Shown: in pieces, positions 37,017-46,738 of the stretch | How positions within the stretch are numbered: position 1 is the first letter of the stretch | Layout: each line of letters opens with the position of its first letter | NCBI GenBank assembly: GCA_046952735.1 | Contig: JBKUJR010000002.1 | Location: forward strand, 28,852-92,851 | Reading direction: 5' to 3' | Length of the DNA stretch: 64,000 nt | Origin: Clostridia bacterium | GTDB lineage: Bacteria; Bacillota; Clostridia; UBA1212; UBA1255 | The notes under the pieces: model-generated | The model's database searches: none | Told to the model about the DNA's origin: nothing | What the model saw: only the letters and a program-made list of their open reading frames with translations | Program-made: the position numbers and the translations under genes

Positions 37017-37778
37017 TTACAGATTACTAAGCTTTTTCCTCATTTTGATCAGTATTTTCTTTTCCATCCTCGATACCTGTACCTGCGAAATACCAAGCCG
37101 TTCCGCGATTTTCGCCTGTGTCAGATCGCTGTAATACCGCAGCTTTATAATCGTCTTTTCCTGTTCCTCCAGCTCTTCCATCGCCTTTTCGATGGAAATT
37201 TTATCCAGGAGTCTTTCATAGCCAGTATTTTCACCGTCTTCTGAACGCGTAAGCTTATCGATGAGATATTCCGGATTCGGAGAACTTTCGTCGATCGCCG
37301 TATAAATGGATTCCGGCATACGCGAGGCTTCCAATGCCATGATGATATCTTCCCGTTCGACATTCAGCGCTTCTGCAATCTCTGAAATCGGCGGTTCCTT
37401 AAAATATTTTCTTTCCGATTCTTCCACGTATGCCTTGATCTTGAAGCCAAGTTCCTTTACGGAACGGGAGACCTTGATCGGCCCCTCATCCCGCAGATGC
37501 CGCCTGATCTCTCCGGCGATCATGGGGACGGCATAAGTTGAAAAACATACGTCATAATTCAAATCGAAATTCCGGATTGCCTTGATCAACCCGATCGAGC
37601 CGATCTGAAACAGATCATCCGCTTCGGTTCCTTTGTTCATATATCTTTTGACGACACTCCATACAAGTCCTATATTATCTTCATATACTTCTTTCTGTGC
37701 TGCATTGCTTTCTGCGTCACTGCCGTTCTGAACCGTTTTGATGAGTTCCTTTACGGCTGTGTCGTCATATTTTCGCAC
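37017..37778 (-). CDS. sigF: sporulation sigma factor sigma-F
   Basis: Sigma-70 regions 2, 3 and 4 (the region 4 HTH LTQAKIAERLGISQVQVSRMEKK). It follows spoIIAA-spoIIAB. Confidence 0.9.
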   Translation of the reverse strand: MRKYDDTAVKELIKTVQNGSDAESNAAQKEVYEDNIGLVWSVVKRYMNKGTEADDLFQIGSIGLIKAIRNFDLNYDVCFSTYAVPMIAGEIRRHLRDEGPIKVSRSVKELGFKIKAYVEESERKYFKEPPISEIAEALNVEREDIIMALEASRMPESIYTAIDESSPNPEYLIDKLTRSEDGENTGYERLLDKISIEKAMEELEEQEKTIIKLRYYSDLTQAKIAERLGISQVQVSRMEKKILIKMRKKLSNL

Positions 37779-38275
37779 AGATTATCACCACCGTCCTCCG
37801 TTGAACCGACAGATTGAAAGATTTTATACAGTTTGATGACCGTACCTTTCCCCACCTCCGATTCTACGCTGAAATGATCCGTAAAAGATTCCATAATCGT
37901 AAATCCCATTCCGGAGCGTTCCATTTCCGGAGAAGAGGTAAACAGCGGCTCTCTTGCTTTCTGGATATCTTCGATTCCGCAGCCCTGGTCCGTAACGATG
38001 ACTTCGATCGCATCCTGGTAAAGAAGGCATTCCATCTGGATCAGGCATTTATCCCTTGCTCTGCCGCTTTTGCCATAGCCGTGAATGATGCTGTTGGTAA
38101 CAGCTTCGCTGACGGCGGTTATAATGTCGGAAAGTTCGTCGAGCGTCGGATCGATCTGCACTGCCATGGCGCTGACGATGGATCTTGCAAGACCTTCGTT
38201 GCACGATTTCGCGCAGAATTCCGCACGAAGCCTGTTGATTTCCGTTTTGTTGTTTTTATATGTGTTTTCGCTCAT
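37751..38275 (-). CDS. spoIIAB: anti-sigma F factor SpoIIAB (Ser kinase)
   Basis: Aligns along its length with B. subtilis SpoIIAB (…IDPTLDELSDIITAVSEAVTNSIIHGY…, GMGFTIME). Confidence 0.9.
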   Translation of the reverse strand: MSENTYKNNKTEINRLRAEFCAKSCNEGLARSIVSAMAVQIDPTLDELSDIITAVSEAVTNSIIHGYGKSGRARDKCLIQMECLLYQDAIEVIVTDQGCGIEDIQKAREPLFTSSPEMERSGMGFTIMESFTDHFSVESEVGKGTVIKLYKIFQSVGSTEDGGDNLCENMTTQP

Positions 38276-38294
38276 GATATCTCAATCCTTTCCG

Positions 38295-38621
38295 TTACAC
38301 AGCGTCATGTATATCGCGGCATTTTTCAATGAATTTAAAAACGCCCGACATTTCCAATATTCTTGTCGCATTCGGATTATTGCATATAATCCAGGCTTTG
38401 CCGCCCAAAGCTTTTATTTTTTTATAGCGCCCCATGATCATTCCGATCCCCGAGCTGTCCATAAACGACAAATTGTTAAAATCAAATAATATATTTTTCA
38501 CCGGTGGCTTCATAATCTCCGCGTCTATTCTCATTCTTATTTCATCCGCAAAATGGTGATCGAGTTCTCCGGCAACCTTGACGATGAGCAGGGCGCCGCT
38601 CTTTACCAGTTCAAATTTCAT
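38295..38621 (-). CDS. spoIIAA: anti-sigma F factor antagonist SpoIIAA (STAS domain)
   Basis: STAS fold with the phosphorylatable Ser in FMDSSGIGM. The start is taken at MKFELVK because the ORF is N-extended. Confidence 0.9.
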   Translation of the reverse strand: MKFELVKSGALLIVKVAGELDHHFADEIRMRIDAEIMKPPVKNILFDFNNLSFMDSSGIGMIMGRYKKIKALGGKAWIICNNPNATRILEMSGVFKFIEKCRDIHDAV

Positions 38622-38688
38622 TGATATGTCCTCCTTCGTTTTATGCGTGATCTTACGCATTCATTGCGTGTACGGGAACATAATACAA

Positions 38689-38706
38689 TTATTTCCCGGG
38701 AAATAA
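38689..38706. promoter_or_regulatory. perfect 18-bp palindrome TTATTTCCCGGGAAATAA with an adjacent partial third half-site, upstream of spoIIAA
   Basis: Read directly. A near-repeat TTCCGGGAAATAA follows at 38711-38723. It lies 68-85 bp upstream of the spoIIAA start. Confidence 0.4.
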
Positions 38707-38750
38707 CCACTTCCGGGAAATAAATCGGCAAAATATTTTTTAAGCATCGT

Positions 38751-39596
38751 TTATTTTACATTATTGGCAATGTCTTCTATTTTTTTCAGCCTGTGCGCCA
38801 CGCCGGATTTACCAAGAACCGGCGTCAGCAGGGCGCCGAGCTCTTTCAGGCTCAGCGAATCGTTTTCTACGCGCAGGCGGGCAATCTCCTTGAGCTGTTC
38901 CGGCAGCGTTTCAAAAGCTGCCGTTTTCATGAATTCCGAAATTAGCGCAGTCTGCCGCATCGCTGCCGTCACGGTCTTGTCGAGATTTGCATTGTCGCAA
39001 TTTGTAACGCGATTGACTTCATTTTTATATTTTTTGAGGATTCTGCTGTTTTCAAATTCCAGCATTGCGCCCACGGCACCGATCCGCACAAGAAAATCCG
39101 ATACGCTTTCTACGCTTTTGATATAAAGTACGTCGTTCCCATTCCGCTTCGTCGTATGACAACGGATCCCGCACAGTTCCAGCGCCCGTTGGCAAAGAAG
39201 CAGGACACGTCTGCTTTTGCATGAGATTTCTGCGCGGGCAGGCCGGTCCGGCGGCGTTATGTAACCGGACCGCAGAAAGCAGCCCCGCAAAAAGGCAGAA
39301 GCACAGCAGGGCTTTTGCAATACGCCGGACGGTTCAGGCGCTTCCTGCCAAAGAATCTGTGCGCCCCACAAAAATGTGCCGCGTTTTTTTCTGAGGTAAA
39401 AGATTCTTTTGCTTAAAGACGGTTCCCGGCTCTTCGACGCCAGCGCATGGATGCGCCGGATATAATTCTTATCCGGCGATAAGAAAATCTCGCCGGCATT
39501 CATCAAAAGCGCCGCGTAAAGTTCCGCCTGCGCGCAGCATTTCATTTTGATTTCCGATGATATCAGCTGATTTTTTACTTCAGAAGAATAGCTCAT
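38751..39596 (-). CDS. whiA: DNA-binding protein WhiA (LAGLIDADG-like domain plus C-terminal HTH)
   Basis: N-terminal MSYSSEVKNQL matches the WhiA start. The C-terminal HTH and overall size fit. Confidence 0.8.
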   Translation of the reverse strand: MSYSSEVKNQLISSEIKMKCCAQAELYAALLMNAGEIFLSPDKNYIRRIHALASKSREPSLSKRIFYLRKKRGTFLWGAQILWQEAPEPSGVLQKPCCASAFLRGCFLRSGYITPPDRPARAEISCKSRRVLLLCQRALELCGIRCHTTKRNGNDVLYIKSVESVSDFLVRIGAVGAMLEFENSRILKKYKNEVNRVTNCDNANLDKTVTAAMRQTALISEFMKTAAFETLPEQLKEIARLRVENDSLSLKELGALLTPVLGKSGVAHRLKKIEDIANNVK

Positions 39597-41584
39597 TCCG
39601 CTTCACGCTTTTTTATCACGAACAATTCATGCATCGCTCTCGTGCAGGCCGTATACATCAATTCGTCCGGGATATCCCACAATATCGCGCAGTCGTATTC
39701 CAGACCCTTCGCAAGGTACAGCGGCAGCACGCGGAAATTGAGTTTGGAGAGGACGGAATATTCCAATCCGATTGCGGCTTCCATCTGAGAAGCTGCCGCC
39801 GCGCTGCGGCAGATGAGCGCGATATTTTCATACCCCTTTTCCAGCATGTGTAAAATATATTCTTTCGCCGCCGCGCCGGCCGCTTCGGGATTGGATACCG
39901 CCGCTTCCGAAGGCGGATTTCCCTCTCGGACGCACCGGATGGAATCCTGTGTTTTCAGGTACTGCGACGCATACTCCACGATTTGTCTCGTAGAACGGTA
40001 ATTCGTATCGAGCTCGTACGTCCGAAACGGACGGCGTCTGATGATCCTTTTGATATCCGCTGCGTAATTTCCTGAATTTCCGAATACTTTTTGATTGATA
40101 TCTCCTACAAACAGCATATTTGCGCCTTTATAGACATGGCGCAGAAGCTCCAGATAAACCGGCGTAAAATCCTGCGCCTCATCAGCAATCAGGTAAAATT
40201 TTCTTCCCGCACTTTCGGGCTCATATAAAGCAAGATACAGAATCGCAACCGCACAGGCATCTTCCCAGGAATCCTGCCCCGGCGCATAATCCGCAATTTC
40301 CGGATACTCCACATACATCATACGATAAAGCGCCGGCGCCGAAAGAGACGCCATCATGTAATTCAATTCCAGCTTTATTTTTTCCAGCGTTTCCGGTTTT
40401 GTAATCGCGTAATGGGATCCGATGTACTTTGCGATTTCCGCAGTCCGCTTCATAACGGCGATATCCGAATACTGCGAATAAAACAAATCTTTCAGGAGCG
40501 ACGCGTCTGCCTTCGTACCCAGATCTTCGTCCAGATACAAATCTTCCGCCTGAAAAATACTGCTCCGCAGATGTTTGATATACTGCATAACAAAATCACG
40601 GAAGCGCATAGTCGCTTTGAAGGAAGCCAGCCGCTCGCACCCTGCGCTTTCACCGGCCCCGGTGCGGATCAGCTCCTGCTGTGACAGACGGTCCGTAAAA
40701 CGGTACCCTTCCACATCTTTCAATACTTCATAAATCACATCCTCCGGCAGGAGGCGTTCCACATTTTCCTCTCCCAGGTCGGGCAGAACAGAGGAAATAT
40801 ATTCGGAAAATACGCTGTTGGGGGATAAAATCGTCATCGCGCTGTCTTTCAATTTATCGCGGAACGCATACAGCACGTACGCCGCCTTATGCAGCGCAAT
40901 CGAAGATTTGCCGCTGCCCGCACATCCCTGGATCACGGAAATCCCTTCAATATAATCCCGTACGATTTTATACTGTTCCTTCTGCAGCGTCTGCAAAATC
41001 GTTTTCATATGCGTATCCGAATTCCGGCGCAGCACCTCGCACAAAACCTCGTCGTCCGAAGGCATTCCGATATCGGAATATTTTACGAGCTTCCCCTCTT
41101 TAAAAATATAGCGTCTTTTATTGACGAGCGTCCCTTCTATTTTACCGGCCGGCGCCGTAAAATACGCGCTGCCCGGTTCCGATTCATAATACAAAGAGGC
41201 GATCGGCGCGCGCCAGTCGGTGGTGATGATCGCGCCCGATTCCGGATCGCGCAGCGTATGGATGCTGAGATAGTATCGTTCCGCTTCTCCCGATTCTTCA
41301 AAAACAAAACCGGCAAAATAAGGTTCTTTCAGCTGTTTTCCCAGCCGGGCCAGGTATTGCAGGGAATAAACGTACGCATTCGTATCCAGCAGCTCGTTAT
41401 CTAAAAGATCTTTTTTTTCATCTTCTTTCAGCTCGTTGAAATAATCATTGAAATACTTCCGCTCTTCCAGAATATTAGCCCGGCGAAATTTCAAGTGCGC
41501 CAACTCTTTTTCGATACATTTATTTACAGCCGCAATCGTTTCATCGGCATGTTTCAATTCATTGCTGTCGTGTTCGGGATTCAC
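39593..41584 (-). CDS. UvrD-like helicase, HelD type (RNA-polymerase-associated helicase IV-like), 663 aa
   Basis: Superfamily-1 Walker A GCAGSGKSSIALHKAAY, a UvrD C-terminal domain, and a long N-terminal coiled/beta domain as in HelD. Confidence 0.75.
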   Translation of the reverse strand: MNPEHDSNELKHADETIAAVNKCIEKELAHLKFRRANILEERKYFNDYFNELKEDEKKDLLDNELLDTNAYVYSLQYLARLGKQLKEPYFAGFVFEESGEAERYYLSIHTLRDPESGAIITTDWRAPIASLYYESEPGSAYFTAPAGKIEGTLVNKRRYIFKEGKLVKYSDIGMPSDDEVLCEVLRRNSDTHMKTILQTLQKEQYKIVRDYIEGISVIQGCAGSGKSSIALHKAAYVLYAFRDKLKDSAMTILSPNSVFSEYISSVLPDLGEENVERLLPEDVIYEVLKDVEGYRFTDRLSQQELIRTGAGESAGCERLASFKATMRFRDFVMQYIKHLRSSIFQAEDLYLDEDLGTKADASLLKDLFYSQYSDIAVMKRTAEIAKYIGSHYAITKPETLEKIKLELNYMMASLSAPALYRMMYVEYPEIADYAPGQDSWEDACAVAILYLALYEPESAGRKFYLIADEAQDFTPVYLELLRHVYKGANMLFVGDINQKVFGNSGNYAADIKRIIRRRPFRTYELDTNYRSTRQIVEYASQYLKTQDSIRCVREGNPPSEAAVSNPEAAGAAAKEYILHMLEKGYENIALICRSAAAASQMEAAIGLEYSVLSKLNFRVLPLYLAKGLEYDCAILWDIPDELMYTACTRAMHELFVIKKREAE

Positions 41585-43959
41585 TTCAATATAACCTCGC
41601 CTTTGCCGTCAGTATCTGCCTTCACGCCGCTGCCTTCTTTGATTTTCCCCAGCAGGAACATCTCGGAAAGTTCATCCTCGATCTTTTTCTGGATGAGATG
41701 GCGAAGCGGACGTGCGCCGTATTTCTCATTATACCCGTTTTCGGCCAGATAATTATAAACAGCGTCCGACACCTCCAGCTCGATTCCCTTGTCGCGGCAT
41801 TCGGCGCAAATATCCTGCATCATGATTTTAGCGATTTTTTTCAGGCTGTCTTTGGACAGACTGTTGAACACGATAATTTCATCCACCCTGTTCAAAAATT
41901 CGGGGCGGAAAATTGCTTTGAGTGCATCTTTTGCATGTTCTTCCGCATTTCGTTTCCCGTCTGCGGTAAAACCGATCCCGTTTGCCCGGATGGAATTTCC
42001 GGCGTTGGAGGTCATAATAATCACCGTATTTTCGAAATTTACGGTGCGTCCCTGGCTGTCGGTGAGCCTGCCGTCGTCCAGGATCTGGAGCAGCATATTG
42101 AACACATCCGGATGCGCCTTTTCGATTTCATCGAACAGAATGACGGAGTACGGCCGCCGCCGGACACGCTCCGTAAGCTGTCCCGCTTCCTCGTATCCGA
42201 TATATCCCGGAGGCGAACCGATCATTTTGGAAACCGTATGTTTTTCCATATATTCGGACATATCGAGCCGTATCAGCGCTTCCTCCGTACCAAACAGTTC
42301 GATTGTGAGCTGTTTCACGAGCTCCGTCTTGCCGACGCCTGTAGGTCCTACGAAAATAAAAGAGGCCGGTTTAAAATGATTCCGAAATCCGGAACGGTTC
42401 CTGCGGATCGCTTTTGAAAGCGTCGAAATCGCTTCGTCCTGCCCGATTACGCGTTCTTTCAAGCGTTCTTCCAGCAGCAGCAATTTTTTGGCTTCGTCTT
42501 CGCTGACGCGCTGCAGCGGAATTCCCGTCCATGTTTCGATGACTCTTGCAATGTCTTCATACGTCAGATCGACGTACTGGTTTTGTTCCAGCTCCGCAAG
42601 CTGCGTCTGTAAAAGCGCCAGCGCGCTTTTTGCTTCCGCAATCTCCTTGAACGCTTCCATTCGCTCTTCATCCGTTTTATATTCCGTGGATTCCAGCTCC
42701 GTTATTTTATCATTCTGCGCCGCGATTTCTTTTTTCTTTGCCGCGATCAGCGGAAGCGTCTCATTCCGCAGATTTGCGCGGGAGGCGGCTTCGTCCACAA
42801 CATCGATCGCTTTATCCGGCAGAAAACGGTCGGTAATATACCGCTCCGACATTTTGACGGCATCTTCAATGACGGAATCGCTCATATGGACTTTATGATA
42901 CACTTCATAATGGACTTTGATTCCCTTTAAAATATCGATCGTCTCCTGGATCGACGGTTCATTTACGAACACCGGCTGGAACCGGCGCTCCAGCGCGCTG
43001 TCCTTCTCGATAAACTTCCTGTATTCCTTCAGCGTCGTTGCGCCGATCACCTGAATTTCACCCCTCGATAACGCAGGCTTTAAAATATTCGCGGCATTCA
43101 TGGAGCCCTCCGCTTCCCCGGCGCCCATGATATTATGGACCTCATCGATCACAAGAATAATATTGCCCGCTTTTTTCACCTCGTCGATCAGACCTTTCAT
43201 CCGGCCTTCGAATTGCCCCCGAAACTGCGTTCCCGCCACCATCGCCGTCAGATCGAGAAGATGGATCCTCTTATCCAAAAGCTTCTCCGGCGCCTCCGCA
43301 CGGCTGATCCGCAGCGCCAGGCCTTCCGCAATCGCAGTTTTTCCGACGCCGGCCTCTCCGATCAGAACAGGATTGTTCTTTGTCCGCCTGTTCAGGATCT
43401 GTATGATCCGTTCGATTTCCCGTTCTCTTCCAACGATATTGTCGATCCCGCCCAGGGCGGCTTTTTCCGTCAGATCCACGCTGTAAAGGGAGAGGAATTT
43501 GAACTGCTGTTTTTCTTTTTTCTGCGCGCTTCCCTTTCCGTTGTTCCGCATCTGTTCCTCCGGGAAGCTCTGCTTTCCGGCAAAGAATTCGTCGGGAGGC
43601 TGCATCGCGCTGCCCATACTTCCAAACAATTTGAAAAGGTTCGGCGTGTTCGTGCCCGACGGTTTTTCTTCCGCATTTTCGAGCGCATCGCCGTTTTCGG
43701 CAGGATTGACGAGATCCGTACTTTCCCCGTCCTGATTCATCTGGTCGATCAGCGACTCCATGCTGTCCGTCATATTTTCCAGATCTTCATCAGAAATCCC
43801 CATTTTATCCAGGAACTGCGTTACCTGCGGAAGCTTCATCTTTTTCGCGCATACCAGGCAAAGCCCTCTGTTGATCTGTTTCCCGGCATTGTCGATCTGC
43901 GTTATAAAAACGGTCGCAAGCCGCTTATGGCAAACGCTGCATAATTCTCCGTTCATTCT
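41581..43959 (-). CDS. clpE: Clp ATPase ClpE (N-terminal zinc ribbon instead of a Clp_N domain)
   Basis: N-terminal CSVCHKR...CLVCAKK zinc finger, two AAA+ modules (GEAGVGKTA, GPTGVGKTE), and a ClpP-binding loop. The start is taken at MNGELCSVC. Confidence 0.8.
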   Translation of the reverse strand, partial: RMNGELCSVCHKRLATVFITQIDNAGKQINRGLCLVCAKKMKLPQVTQFLDKMGISDEDLENMTDSMESLIDQMNQDGESTDLVNPAENGDALENAEEKPSGTNTPNLFKLFGSMGSAMQPPDEFFAGKQSFPEEQMRNNGKGSAQKKEKQQFKFLSLYSVDLTEKAALGGIDNIVGREREIERIIQILNRRTKNNPVLIGEAGVGKTAIAEGLALRISRAEAPEKLLDKRIHLLDLTAMVAGTQFRGQFEGRMKGLIDEVKKAGNIILVIDEVHNIMGAGEAEGSMNAANILKPALSRGEIQVIGATTLKEYRKFIEKDSALERRFQPVFVNEPSIQETIDILKGIKVHYEVYHKVHMSDSVIEDAVKMSERYITDRFLPDKAIDVVDEAASRANLRNETLPLIAAKKKEIAAQNDKITELESTEYKTDEERMEAFKEIAEAKSALALLQTQLAELEQNQYVDLTYEDIARVIETWTGIPLQRVSEDEAKKLLLLEERLKERVIGQDEAISTLSKAIRRNRSGFRNHFKPASFIFVGPTGVGKTELVKQLTIELFGTEEALIRLDMSEYMEKHTVSKMIGSPPGYIGYEEAGQLTERVRRRPYSVILFDEIEKAHPDVFNMLLQILDDGRLTDSQGRTVNFENTVIIMTSNAGNSIRANGIGFTADGKRNAEEHAKDALKAIFRPEFLNRVDEIIVFNSLSKDSLKKIAKIMMQDICAECRDKGIELEVSDAVYNYLAENGYNEKYGARPLRHLIQKKIEDELSEMFLLGKIKEGSGVKADTDGKGEVILK

Positions 43960-46733
43960 ATCAATCCTTTCAAATATCTTCCCGTGTAGGAAGCCTCGCA
44001 TGCAACGATTTCTTCCGGTTTCCCGGCACATACGACGGTGCCTCCTCCGTTTCCGCCTTCCGGCCCCATATCTATAATATAATCTGCGCATTTGATCAGC
44101 TCGAGATTATGTTCTATCACGACTACCGTATTACCGTTATCCGTCAATTTCTGTAAAATTTCGATCAGTTTCTTAACATCGTGCGTATGCAGACCCGTCG
44201 TTGGTTCATCGAGTACGTAAAATGTTTTCCCGGTACTGACTTTGGAAAGTTCCGTCGCTAATTTGACACGCTGGGCTTCCCCGCCCGAAAGCGTCGTAGA
44301 CGGCTGGCCGAGCTTGATATATCCCAGGCCGACATCCTGCAGCGTGTCGATTTTCCGCCGGATCGACGGAAGATCCTTGAAAAATTCCACCGCGTCATCC
44401 ACAGTCATGTCGAGTACATCCGATATGTTTTTACCCTTATATCTTATTTCCAAAGTCTCTCTGTTATACCGCTTTCCTTTGCAAACTTCACAGGGGACGT
44501 ACACGTCGGGCAGAAAATGCATTTCAATCTTTTTGATACCGTCTCCGTCGCAGGCTTCGCATCTGCCGCCTTTTGTGTTGAAACTGAATCTGCCGCTCTT
44601 ATACCCTCTGGCTCTGCTCTCAGGGACCATTGCAAAAAGGTCCCGGATCGCTGTAAAGACGCCGACATACGTCGCGGGATTGGATCGGGGCGTCCTGCCG
44701 ATCGGAGACTGATCGATGCAGATCAGTTTATCGATATTTTCTTTCCCTATGATTGCCCGGTACGTTCCGTCAAGATTATACTCTTCCGTCATGGCTTTGC
44801 ATAGCACCTGATTGATGAGAGAGCTTTTGCCTGATCCGGAAACGCCTGTTACGCACAGGAACGTTCCCAGGGGAAAATCCACATCGATATTTTTTAAATT
44901 ATTGATATTCGCTCCTTTTATCGAAAGGCGCAGCCCGTTTCCATCGCGTCTTTTCCCGGGAACTTCGATTTTCCGCTTTCCGCTGAGATATTGGCCCGTG
45001 ATGGAATCTTCGCAGTTCATAATTTCCTCCGGCGTTCCAGCTGCGATGAGCTCTCCGCCGTGTACCCCGGCGGCAGGACCGATGTCCACGATATAATCAG
45101 ACTGGCGCATCGTATCTTCGTCATGTTCTACGACGAGCAGCGTGTTGCCCAGGTCCCTAAGCCCTTTGAGCGCCGCCAAAAGCTTGTCGTTGTCTCTTTG
45201 ATGCAAACCGATGCTCGGTTCGTCCAAAATATACAGCACGCCCATCAGTCCCGCGCCGATCTGCGTCGCAAGGCGGATCCGCTGCGATTCCCCGCCGGAA
45301 AGCGTGCCGGAAGAGCGCGCAAGCGTCAGATACCCGAGTCCCACATTCGCCAGGAAGCCGAGCCTCCCTTTCAGTTCTTTTAAAATCGACGCCGCAATAA
45401 TCGTTTTTTCTTCCGAGAGCTTCAATCCTTCTACGAACTTGAGCGCGTTTTCAACGGACATCTGCGTAAATTCCGCAATGTTCAGATCACCTACGGTAAA
45501 AGACAGTGCGTTTTCATTCAGACGTTTCCCGCCGCACTGCGGGCAGACGCATTCCGTCATGTAGTATTCCAGCGGATACGTTTCGAAATTGCCCTGCATT
45601 TTACGCGCATACCGTTCTTCGAGCGAAGCGATCAGTCCATGATATTCTCCTCCGTCGCCGGATATGATGATTTCTTTGATATGCTCCGGATATGCCGCAA
45701 ATTCCTGATTCATATCGAATTGATATTTCCGGCTGATCTGTTCGATCAAAGCTACCCGCTGGGCAATGGTATAATCCAAAAGCATCGCCATTCCGAGATC
45801 GTAAAAGGTCCGATGTCCGATCCTGCTTGCGAAATATCCCTTGTCGAACTGCTGGATTCGTCCAAGCCCGGCGCATTTCGGACATGCTCCCATCGGACTG
45901 TTGAAGGAGAAGAGCTTCGGACTGACCTCCGGAAGGCTGATCCCGCATTCGGGGCAGGCGTAATTACTGCTGAACATCAGATCATACGATTCCTTTTTCT
46001 CCGGTTCCGCCACATTTACGAGCGCGATCCCCGAAGCAAGCGCCAGCACGATTTCCAGAGAATCGCTGATCCTGCCCTGCAAGCCGTCGCGCATCACAAT
46101 CCTGTCCACAACGACGTCGATATGGTGGATTTTATACCGGTCCAGCGCAATGTCTTCCTCCAGCCCATAAATTTCCCCGTCGATCCGCACACGCGAATAG
46201 CCTTTCTTGCGGAGCGTTTCGATCAGGCGCGTATATTCGCCTTTCCGCCCTCGGACGACGGGTGCCATCAACTGGATTTTACTTCCTTCCGGCAGATGTA
46301 AAATAAGATCCGTCATCTGGTCGATGGTTTGCGTATAGATCTTCTTTCCGCATTTCGGGCAGTGCGGTTCGCCTGTCCTCGCATAAAGCAGCCTGAGATA
46401 GTCGTAGATCTCCGTCACCGTTCCAACCGTAGAACGCGGATTTTTGGAAGTCGTCTTCTGATCGATCGAAATTGCGGGAGACAAGCCGTCGATGCGGTCG
46501 ACATCAGGTTTTTCCATCTGCCCGATAAACATCCTTGCGTAGGAAGAGAGCGATTCCATATAACGTCTCTGCCCTTCCGCATAAATCGTTTCGAATGCCA
46601 GCGACGATTTTCCCGAGCCGCTGAGCCCCGTCAGGACGACCAGCTTGTCCCGCGGAATTTTCACGTCGATGTTCTTTAAATTATTTTCCCTGGCTCCGTA
46701 TACTGTAATATAATCCTGTTTCATCTTCCCCAC
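43953..46733 (-). CDS. uvrA: excinuclease ABC subunit A
   Basis: Duplicated ABC ATPase modules with zinc fingers, 926 aa. Confidence 0.97.
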   Translation of the reverse strand: MGKMKQDYITVYGARENNLKNIDVKIPRDKLVVLTGLSGSGKSSLAFETIYAEGQRRYMESLSSYARMFIGQMEKPDVDRIDGLSPAISIDQKTTSKNPRSTVGTVTEIYDYLRLLYARTGEPHCPKCGKKIYTQTIDQMTDLILHLPEGSKIQLMAPVVRGRKGEYTRLIETLRKKGYSRVRIDGEIYGLEEDIALDRYKIHHIDVVVDRIVMRDGLQGRISDSLEIVLALASGIALVNVAEPEKKESYDLMFSSNYACPECGISLPEVSPKLFSFNSPMGACPKCAGLGRIQQFDKGYFASRIGHRTFYDLGMAMLLDYTIAQRVALIEQISRKYQFDMNQEFAAYPEHIKEIIISGDGGEYHGLIASLEERYARKMQGNFETYPLEYYMTECVCPQCGGKRLNENALSFTVGDLNIAEFTQMSVENALKFVEGLKLSEEKTIIAASILKELKGRLGFLANVGLGYLTLARSSGTLSGGESQRIRLATQIGAGLMGVLYILDEPSIGLHQRDNDKLLAALKGLRDLGNTLLVVEHDEDTMRQSDYIVDIGPAAGVHGGELIAAGTPEEIMNCEDSITGQYLSGKRKIEVPGKRRDGNGLRLSIKGANINNLKNIDVDFPLGTFLCVTGVSGSGKSSLINQVLCKAMTEEYNLDGTYRAIIGKENIDKLICIDQSPIGRTPRSNPATYVGVFTAIRDLFAMVPESRARGYKSGRFSFNTKGGRCEACDGDGIKKIEMHFLPDVYVPCEVCKGKRYNRETLEIRYKGKNISDVLDMTVDDAVEFFKDLPSIRRKIDTLQDVGLGYIKLGQPSTTLSGGEAQRVKLATELSKVSTGKTFYVLDEPTTGLHTHDVKKLIEILQKLTDNGNTVVVIEHNLELIKCADYIIDMGPEGGNGGGTVVCAGKPEEIVACEASYTGRYLKGLIE

Positions 46734-46738
46734 TTCTT

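Noticed and set aside
41581-44091. A long N-terminal extension of the ClpE ORF ([20 protein letters not shown]...).
   Set aside because: The Arg-rich extension overlaps the uvrA 3' end and has no RBS. The zinc-ribbon Met (MNGELCSVC) is the biologically sensible start.
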